The notes beneath the pieces were generated by a model. The model saw nothing but the letters and a program-made list of their open reading frames with translations. It had not been told where the DNA came from and searched no databases. From Calditrichia bacterium (GTDB lineage: Bacteria; Calditrichota; Calditrichia; RBG-13-44-9; J075), in contig JBOEGD010000007.1 of assembly GCA_050633245.1 (NCBI GenBank), forward strand, positions 283,624-347,623: a stretch of 64,000 nucleotides of DNA, given 5' to 3'. Shown here in pieces: positions 57,036 to 64,000 of this stretch (the first letter of the stretch is position 1; every line of letters begins with the position of its first letter). A program made the translations under genes and the position numbers.

Positions 57036-59474
57036 CTATCGACTCAACATCATCTTGCGGACCAGACGCTGAGACTCACTTTGCAGACTATAGAAATACA
57101 GTCCTGAAGAAACCTGCTTTCCGCTACTATCGCGACCATCCCAATTCAGCTCATAATTGCCAGCGGCTAACTCATTATTTACCAACTCGCGAACGGGTTG
57201 TCCCAGCACGTTGAAAATTGTCAGCGTTACCTGTTCTGCTTTAGGGATGCCAAACGAAATCGTTGTGTTCGGGTTGAACGGGTTCGGATAGTTTGCATTC
57301 AGCTCAATTTTTGACGGCACACCGGTAACCGGCTCAATTCCGGTTACCGGATCGGAATAGGTGATTACAGCAATGTCATCCAAATACCAACCGTCGCCTT
57401 CAACACCTCCATCGCTACTCAAATTAAAGCGTAGGAAGACCGTACTGCCAATATAGCCGGACAAATCAATTATTTCCTTCACCCAACTCAACTGACTACC
57501 ATCATAGCCTGGCTCACCAGGAGTTTGCACACCCTGTCCACTTCCCTCTTTCGTATAGGAGCCAACCAGAGACGTCCAGCTGCTGCCGTTTGTCGAAATC
57601 TGAACACGGGCAAAGTCGTAGCTACTCTCAATTTCCCAACGCGTCTGAAACTCAAGAAAAGCTGCATTCACACCGCTTAAATCTATTGAATTGCTGTAGC
57701 GAAAGGTATTGTTTGCATTCGCCGGATAATCCCCTGTCGGAGTATCAGCAAATGAATGGGACGGACTAACAAAGGTATTACTTGTTGTTCCCCAGCTCTG
57801 TCCGGTTGTCCAGTTATTTGTTCCCTCTTCTGCATCATTACCAAACGCAATTACCGGAGTGCCGACAATAAATAAACGATGGCGTTCTTCGCGCGGAATT
57901 CCGTCAACGATAATGGACAAGTCGGCAAACACTTCTGTGCCGGCCACTGCATTTGCATCAACCTGAACGGTAAAAACATCGGTTTGTTGCTCTGCCTGTG
58001 AAGAGATTGTAAATGGTCCGCCCCCCGAGCCGCTAATTGTTACGTTCGGATCGGCTGTCGTCAGGGCAAACGTTACGTTGGCAGCTTCACCCTGACCGAG
58101 GTTTTTCATATTAAAAATAATCTCTGCCTGCTCACCGGGATCTACATATCCGTTGCCATCACCTATTTCTGTTATGTCTAAGGATGTGCCTGAAACAAGC
58201 CCTCCGACAATCCACGCGAGATAGAGATTAGGATAAAGGTTTTCTTCCACCAGTGGAAAGATGCGATTTTGCGACGGCCAGAAGCCATCGGCAAATCCAC
58301 CAACCTCCGGGGTCATGGCCAGAATCTTGTTTTTGGTTGTTTGTTCGCCATACATCCAATCATCTGAATTACCGTTCGCGGTATATCCAACGGTGTTAAT
58401 GGCAGTTCCGGCAGAGTAATTATTAAACTGCGTCATATCTGCACCATAGGCATCAAACACCGCAGAATCCGGCGTCAAAACATTCACCTCATAACCAAAT
58501 GGATAAATCAACAGGTTCGAGAAGGTATGATAATTTAGTGCGGCCCTGAATTCATGTGTATTACAGAAGTCGCGCATTGCTTGCGTCTCAGGCTCAGAGA
58601 AGGCGGACGTTCCGCGATAGGTATTGCTGTTCGTATTCGGACTCGAGCCAGAATTGTCATAGCCCCACTGATAGCCATAGTTCCGATTCAAATCGACACC
58701 AAAGCTGCCATCCCCATTATTCAGGCGATTTTTGCGCCAGTTTCCTCCGCCATTGGGGTTCGTTTGCTGATTGTAAGCGTAGCCATCAGGATTCACTACA
58801 GGCACAAAATAGAGTTCGCGATTATCGACAAGGTATTTCACCTCCGGATCGGCAGGATAGTTTTCCAGCAGATAATACATGAAATAGATTACCGACATCA
58901 TTCCAGCAGGTTCGCGGCAGTGGTGGAGTGAACTATATAGCGCTTCCGGTTCGGTTTCATCAATGTCCGGATTGTCCGAGATTTTTACCGACCAGATATC
59001 CCGACCTTCATGAGTTGTGCCTAAAGACTGCTTTGCGGTTATGAGGTTCGGATAGAGAGAACGCATCGTGTCCAGCTCAGCCACAACCTCGTCGAGCGTA
59101 TAAAAGCCTCCCATACTACCGAAATCAAAGCCCCTAACCATACTACTCTGTTCGATAGAAGATCGCTCTGCTTCGCTTAGGGTTGGTCGGGACTCGTATT
59201 CTGCCTCTACATCGGCAATTAAAACATCATATATAGTGCCGGAAGACTGCAGCACCGAATATTCAGCCTCATTGAGCACCGCTATCAGGCTAAACCCTTC
59301 CGCGGATTTTTCATGATGTGCGTGGCCAAAGATCAGGCCTTGGCGCGCCAAGGCCATTACTTCACTTTTATCACTGAAGTAAATTTTTACCTGCCGATGG
59401 GTTTCTGCATGTAGCTGCAGTGAAAAGGCAAAAAGCAGCATTAGAATTATCATGTAGCGAATGGGACGAAGCAT
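57036..59474 (-). CDS. M14 zinc carboxypeptidase (carboxypeptidase T-like) with accessory beta domains and T9SS/FlgD-type CTD
   Basis: HHCRE, NPDGY, WRKNR, GVDLNRN, FSEPET, NYHT, TPEVG; C-term NYPNPFNP...WDG...RKMMLSR. Confidence 0.92.
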   Translation of the reverse strand: MLRPIRYMIILMLLFAFSLQLHAETHRQVKIYFSDKSEVMALARQGLIFGHAHHEKSAEGFSLIAVLNEAEYSVLQSSGTIYDVLIADVEAEYESRPTLSEAERSSIEQSSMVRGFDFGSMGGFYTLDEVVAELDTMRSLYPNLITAKQSLGTTHEGRDIWSVKISDNPDIDETEPEALYSSLHHCREPAGMMSVIYFMYYLLENYPADPEVKYLVDNRELYFVPVVNPDGYAYNQQTNPNGGGNWRKNRLNNGDGSFGVDLNRNYGYQWGYDNSGSSPNTNSNTYRGTSAFSEPETQAMRDFCNTHEFRAALNYHTFSNLLIYPFGYEVNVLTPDSAVFDAYGADMTQFNNYSAGTAINTVGYTANGNSDDWMYGEQTTKNKILAMTPEVGGFADGFWPSQNRIFPLVEENLYPNLYLAWIVGGLVSGTSLDITEIGDGNGYVDPGEQAEIIFNMKNLGQGEAANVTFALTTADPNVTISGSGGGPFTISSQAEQQTDVFTVQVDANAVAGTEVFADLSIIVDGIPREERHRLFIVGTPVIAFGNDAEEGTNNWTTGQSWGTTSNTFVSPSHSFADTPTGDYPANANNTFRYSNSIDLSGVNAAFLEFQTRWEIESSYDFARVQISTNGSSWTSLVGSYTKEGSGQGVQTPGEPGYDGSQLSWVKEIIDLSGYIGSTVFLRFNLSSDGGVEGDGWYLDDIAVITYSDPVTGIEPVTGVPSKIELNANYPNPFNPNTTISFGIPKAEQVTLTIFNVLGQPVRELVNNELAAGNYELNWDGRDSSGKQVSSGLYFYSLQSESQRLVRKMMLSR

Positions 59475-59633
59475 AGCAACCTCTTGATATAAGTGTGACG
59501 TATTAGATCAGTCTGAGCCTGACAACAAAACATAATAAAAAATATCCAGATCAATAGCTGTATTTTGTTTTACAGAACAAGAAAATCAATCTATTAAGAA
59601 TCGGCACTCTCTCCTTCGAAGCAATCAGCGATA

Positions 59634-59685
59634 AATAAAAAGAGCCGATGCGAGCAGGTGCCAATGGCACCCACCCGCTTCGGCT
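59634..59685 (-). terminator. Long intrinsic terminator after the repeat surface protein
   Basis: Minus strand AGCCGA.GCGGGTGGGTGCC-ATT-GGCACCTGCTCGC.TCGGCT-CTTTTATTT. Confidence 0.75.
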
Positions 59686-59717
59686 GCTGGGGTTCTTAAA
59701 TCTTATGACAGAAGATA

Positions 59718-62702
59718 TTACTTGTTGAACAACATCTTGCGCACCAATCGGTTATTGCCAGTTTCAAGGCTATAGAAATAAACGCCCGTTGCTACTGCAA
59801 AACCAGACTGATTCGTGCCATCCCAGGTAAGCTGATAGCTTCCTGCGGCAAGATTATCATTCACCAGCTCTTTCACAGGCTGCCCGAGCACATTAAAGAT
59901 CGTCAACTTCACATCACTGCCAGCCGGCAGACCAAAAGAGATTGTCGTTGATGGGTTAAATGGGTTCGGATAGTTCTGCGAGAGCTCAAGCGTATTTGGA
60001 ACAGCTTCGTTCTCAATCGGATCGATACTTAGCGGACTATCAGCAAGCTCGATATCCAGAAGCATGGTATTACCTGTTCCGGAGTTATACTGAACGCTGA
60101 CCGCCTCGCTGGCAAGGTTTATCTTACTTGCCTGAACCGTATAGTCGCCATCGATCATTCCGCTTAACTGATAACCACCTTGTGCATCAGTAAAGTCGAA
60201 TCCAATCACGTCGCCTACAGAGTTTTTAGCGGTTACAAATACACCGGAAAGTGCACCACCGTTGATGTATTCGATCGTTCCTGTAATCATACCGTTTCCA
60301 GCAGGACCGCCGTTAACCGATGACAACTGCGCATTAATTCCCGTTACGTCGCCAATTGCGTTAATAGCGTTTGCATTCTCCCAAATCAGTGCATCATCAT
60401 AGAATTCCGGCACGTGACCATCACGAGAGAATAGTACGATATGTGGTGCATTCTCAAGTCCGCCAAGCGTATAGTTTCCGGAAGAGTCGGAGAAAGCAAA
60501 AGCCAATCGCCCGCTACCCGGAGCAGATCCAACAACAAACGCATTTGCAAGAGCAGCACCCTGATCATTGGTTACGATACCACTGATAGAATTATTGAAG
60601 TTGCTGCCATCGGTATCGAGCGTAAAATTAACGTCCTGCAGCAGTGAGTCATGAAAAGCAAAGATTGGGTCTGCGGCATACATATCTTCCTGCTCAAACC
60701 ACCACTCTGTTTTGAATCCCTGCTTTTCGGCGGAAGCGATATAGATATTGAAGGGATCTTCAGTAACAATATCTATTAGGTATTCACCCTGAGCATTCGT
60801 GGTAGCTCTGAAAACCGTAGAGTCGCCATGCCACTGACCAAACTGCGAACTCACGGTTACAATTGCATTCTCAAGCGGTAGGCCAACTGCATCCGTCACA
60901 ACACCGGCAATGGAAATTTCCAGATTGCTGCCACCGTTTTCCGGCACACCAAAGTCGATACCGCTGGTGGTTACATTCTCGGTAACCGTTACCGGTGTAG
61001 CATTGGCAATCGACATAACATCATCATAGTATTCAGTGTAAGGGATTTGAAAGTTTGAATTGTAATAGTGCACAGCAACGATATAATCGCCGGTAGGAAC
61101 ATTGGCAACATAATTTCCGGCAGAGTCTGTACTGGCCGTATAATTAAAGCCAATTGGGCTGTTGGTAATAAACTCAACGAGTGCCTGCTGAACAGGGGCA
61201 CCACTACTGTCGAAACTTACTGTCCCACTAATAAATCCTGCGTTTGGCAAGCGACCGCCAAAGACAAAGTCCACAATATTCTCACCTGCAACCACGTCTA
61301 CAGAGTTGTAGGCAATCGTTATACCGGTAACCAAACTAACTGCGCAAATATCATATTGTCCGCTCGGCACGGCAGGTATTTCATAAGCCCCGGTTGCCGG
61401 ATCGCTAATGCCAATCAAAAATATCGTACTATCGGTCTTGGCTAATTTTATGATTGCATCAACCGGATTTCCGGTAGAAGAATCTGTAACCGTTCCGCGT
61501 ACAATTGCATCACCACTTGAAGCGAGAACAAAATCTACAACTGCAGGGTTGTTTTCATCCGTGACAACACCATTAACTGTCTGCGAGTTAAAAAGATTTC
61601 CAAATGCCGTCACATCGTATGTTCCATCTGGAAGCCCATCGAGCAGATATGCTCCGCTGCTATCGGTATAGGTCGTGTACTGCCCACCGCCGTTCGGGCT
61701 ACCACCCACAGCAATGATTCCTGAATTTACTACCGTGTTTCCGGTTGAGTCGGTTACCGTGCCACTAATTTGGGCATTACCGGTTCCGCGCGGCGTACCA
61801 CCCAGATACAGCTCTAACCAATTCGGGCCATCGAAAACCTGGAAGTTGGGAATAAATGTAGATGTAAACCCTTCTTTGCTTGCGGTGACATCATATGTTC
61901 CGGGGCTAATTTGCGGAAAGGAATAAAAGCCTCCCAAACTATACGTTTCCAATCTGATCGTATCACCGGCAGCACTAATAGCAGTAACCGCGACTAATAC
62001 AGAATCGAGTGGAATAAAGTTTGTTGAGTCAAAGACTAGACCTTCAAGAGAGGCGGTTCCACCCTGTCCGGGAGTCAATGCAACATCGACACCGGTAAGT
62101 TGACTGGAATCTCCAACGGAAATTGCGGTATTGGAAAAATAAGCGAGATAACCATTTGCCCTAACTTCCTGGATATAGTCTCCAGGTGCAATACTCTGAA
62201 AGCTATAGCTTCCACTTGCGGGATCTGTAATAGCTGAGTAAACAAACCCAAACTGCGAAGCGAGGGTTACTCGTGCCATGCCAACCGGATTTCCAGTCGT
62301 AGCATCTGTGACAGTTCCTGCGAGCAGGTTGTTATAATTTCCGCCTGAGTTCCCGACAAGTTGATAGTCCAGAACGAGAATTGCATTTGGGCCAACCGTA
62401 ATCGGGCCGTTAAAAGCCGGTTGATAGCTGTCCTTCTCAGCAAGAAAGAAATACTCACCTTCCGGTAGTTGCTCCAGTAAATATGAACCATCTGCACCGG
62501 TCACGGCTCTGAAAACTATCGAGTCGCCGGTAGCAGGATTAAAACTAAATGCGTTTACCAGTGCTGCCTCAAGCGGGTCACCTGTTGAAGCATCTGTTAC
62601 TGTGCCGCTAACAGTTGCACTAAACACGGGTAGTGTCAGTAAGAGAGTGAAAAGAAAAAATAGCTGCATTGCTATTCGTCGAATTGTTTGGGATCCTTGC
62701 AT
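59718..62702 (-). CDS. Secreted protein of tandem carboxypeptidase-regulatory-like (Cna-B/transthyretin-like) repeats with T9SS/FlgD-type CTD
   Basis: About nine repeats of I.G.VTD..G.P...A.V...TD..G.Y...L..G.Y.V; C-term NYPNPFNPST...RKMLFNK; GGAGG RBS. Confidence 0.88.
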   Translation of the reverse strand: MQGSQTIRRIAMQLFFLFTLLLTLPVFSATVSGTVTDASTGDPLEAALVNAFSFNPATGDSIVFRAVTGADGSYLLEQLPEGEYFFLAEKDSYQPAFNGPITVGPNAILVLDYQLVGNSGGNYNNLLAGTVTDATTGNPVGMARVTLASQFGFVYSAITDPASGSYSFQSIAPGDYIQEVRANGYLAYFSNTAISVGDSSQLTGVDVALTPGQGGTASLEGLVFDSTNFIPLDSVLVAVTAISAAGDTIRLETYSLGGFYSFPQISPGTYDVTASKEGFTSTFIPNFQVFDGPNWLELYLGGTPRGTGNAQISGTVTDSTGNTVVNSGIIAVGGSPNGGGQYTTYTDSSGAYLLDGLPDGTYDVTAFGNLFNSQTVNGVVTDENNPAVVDFVLASSGDAIVRGTVTDSSTGNPVDAIIKLAKTDSTIFLIGISDPATGAYEIPAVPSGQYDICAVSLVTGITIAYNSVDVVAGENIVDFVFGGRLPNAGFISGTVSFDSSGAPVQQALVEFITNSPIGFNYTASTDSAGNYVANVPTGDYIVAVHYYNSNFQIPYTEYYDDVMSIANATPVTVTENVTTSGIDFGVPENGGSNLEISIAGVVTDAVGLPLENAIVTVSSQFGQWHGDSTVFRATTNAQGEYLIDIVTEDPFNIYIASAEKQGFKTEWWFEQEDMYAADPIFAFHDSLLQDVNFTLDTDGSNFNNSISGIVTNDQGAALANAFVVGSAPGSGRLAFAFSDSSGNYTLGGLENAPHIVLFSRDGHVPEFYDDALIWENANAINAIGDVTGINAQLSSVNGGPAGNGMITGTIEYINGGALSGVFVTAKNSVGDVIGFDFTDAQGGYQLSGMIDGDYTVQASKINLASEAVSVQYNSGTGNTMLLDIELADSPLSIDPIENEAVPNTLELSQNYPNPFNPSTTISFGLPAGSDVKLTIFNVLGQPVKELVNDNLAAGSYQLTWDGTNQSGFAVATGVYFYSLETGNNRLVRKMLFNK

Positions 62703-62970
62703 GGAACCTCCATTCCTGAAAATTAGTGAGGAAATAAGCGTTTACATTAATTATTTCCCATCAGCCGTTTGCGGATTGAAATCGTATGTTCATGCCCGCG
62801 CCTAATCCTAATACATATATCATGCCATTACATCACTTGTAATCCGGCATACAAAATAAATGATATTTTCGTCGCTAATGCGTCAGGTTATTAAATAAAA
62901 AAGGGATTTCACCATCAGAAGGGGCGAAATATTTTCGCACTTTGCGCAAATATTTCAGAGAGCGAATTCT

Positions 62971-63810
62971 TTACCAGTTCATCTGCCACAGTAGGCGGAG
63001 CGTATTCTCTCTGTCGACAACAGGCACTGGAAAATAGCTCAGCGTTTTGGATGAGGAAATGCCGGGCTTTCTCGAGAAATAAAAGAGGTCGACCTGACTG
63101 TAAATCCAAAGCGCAGCAAAGGCGATATAAACGCCATTTCGAATCTGATAAGTTTTGTTAAAAGCATCAAAACGTCCAGAGAAAAGATCAGGATTCGTCT
63201 CATTCAGATAGTCATTTTCGCGCGACTGTGCCTCAAGAGTATAATACGTTCCCATGCCAATCGTACTCATCGAGAGAGCTGTTAACAACCAACCTCGTCG
63301 CGTTTCACCATTGTGAAGATGCCCCCATCCCGGCACCAAAACAGAGCGAATCATCGAACCACGTATATGCGCAAAGGACCGCTGCTGAATAGCAACCTCT
63401 AATGAATCGATTTCCTGTTGCCTTTTGTCGCGATTTTGTGCGGCAATACGCTTCTTATTGAGAAAGTCTGCGCGGATTTCTTCGAAGTAGGAGCGAATTT
63501 TTGGAGAGGTTCTAACAGGGTCTAACTGATGCTCTGAATGTATGTCAAGAATTGCGATAAAGGAGAATAAGCTGCTCTGTAGATCATCCGCGGCATAAAA
63601 CACCATTCCCCGGATTTCGTATAAGCGTAGGAGTTCAGAGTTGGATAGAGAGGTAGATCCTCGGAGAAGCGAATCGCTTATGGATAGTACAGATGAGTAC
63701 TCCTGCGCACGAAAGTGCTGCTCGACTAACTGTAGCTTTTCACCAGCCACCTGAGAAAAAAGGGCAGCCTGTAGAGAAAGAAGCCAGAAAAGGATGTGCA
63801 GTGATCTCAT
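62971..63810 (-). CDS. Hypothetical envelope protein: TPR-like N-terminus and DUF5683-like C-terminus
   Basis: Signal peptide; LDPVRTSPKI; RSVLVPGWGHLHNG...GW; start overlaps the upstream stop (ATGA). Confidence 0.7.
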   Translation of the reverse strand: MRSLHILFWLLSLQAALFSQVAGEKLQLVEQHFRAQEYSSVLSISDSLLRGSTSLSNSELLRLYEIRGMVFYAADDLQSSLFSFIAILDIHSEHQLDPVRTSPKIRSYFEEIRADFLNKKRIAAQNRDKRQQEIDSLEVAIQQRSFAHIRGSMIRSVLVPGWGHLHNGETRRGWLLTALSMSTIGMGTYYTLEAQSRENDYLNETNPDLFSGRFDAFNKTYQIRNGVYIAFAALWIYSQVDLFYFSRKPGISSSKTLSYFPVPVVDRENTLRLLWQMNW

Positions 63811-64000
63811 TTTACAAGAATCATTTTCTCATAATTTACCTGTCGATTTCCCTGCAATTTATAAAAATATATGCCACTTCCAACTACGATTCCATTTTCG
63901 TTTCGCCCGTCCCACTGAATTTCGTGTTGCCCTGCATTCTTGTACCCCTCAAGCAGGGTAACAATCTTCTCACCTGTTGTTGAAAACACCTGAAGTGTAA
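63807..64000 (-). CDS. Partial (3' end only) protein with T9SS/FlgD-type CTD
   Basis: Frame open to the window edge: TLQVFSTTGEKIVTL...WDGRNENG..VGSGIYFYKL...KMILVK. Confidence 0.85.
   Translation of the reverse strand, partial: TLQVFSTTGEKIVTLLEGYKNAGQHEIQWDGRNENGIVVGSGIYFYKLQGNRQVNYEKMILVK

Overview
Gene-dense chromosomal window, mostly on the minus strand, from a diderm bacterium. It has Bacteroidota-like content (four proteins with a T9SS/FlgD-type C-terminal domain, an sdhCAB of that type, ypdA, a SprE/PorW-like TPR lipoprotein) but clear GGAGG ribosome-binding sites and TTGnnn-N17-TAnnTT promoters. I infer a Calditrichota/KSB1-like lineage; this was not tested. Contents in order: a ~20 kb Wzx/Wzy surface-polysaccharide locus (2.2-21.9 kb); the yceD-rpmF-plsX-fabH-fabD-fabG-acpP-fabF-rnc cluster; lipid A acyltransferase, ppiD-like, DUF1015 and a REC-DUF4388 regulator; a ypdA-rhodanese-sufE-DUF4920-oxidoreductase-metK run; gdhA, sdhCAB, secG, tRNA-Leu(GAG), a Nudix hydrolase, tRNA-Ser(GCT), oxyR, yihA, trxA, cobB, a YprB-like nuclease, a PhzF-family gene and secreted CTD proteins. 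No CRISPR array, prophage or transposase was seen. Best candidates for something undescribed: (1) two overlapping genes that each fuse an intact glycan-initiating enzyme (WecA; WbbL-like GT2) to a WbaP/WcaJ-like module lacking its catalytic Asp-Glu; (2) an antisense four-helix-bundle gene bracketed by complementary short repeats, with similar repeat tracts at other junctions of the locus; (3) a candidate leader-peptide/terminator attenuator upstream of cobB; (4) an apparently chimeric MetK. All family assignments are from motif recognition by eye, not database searches.
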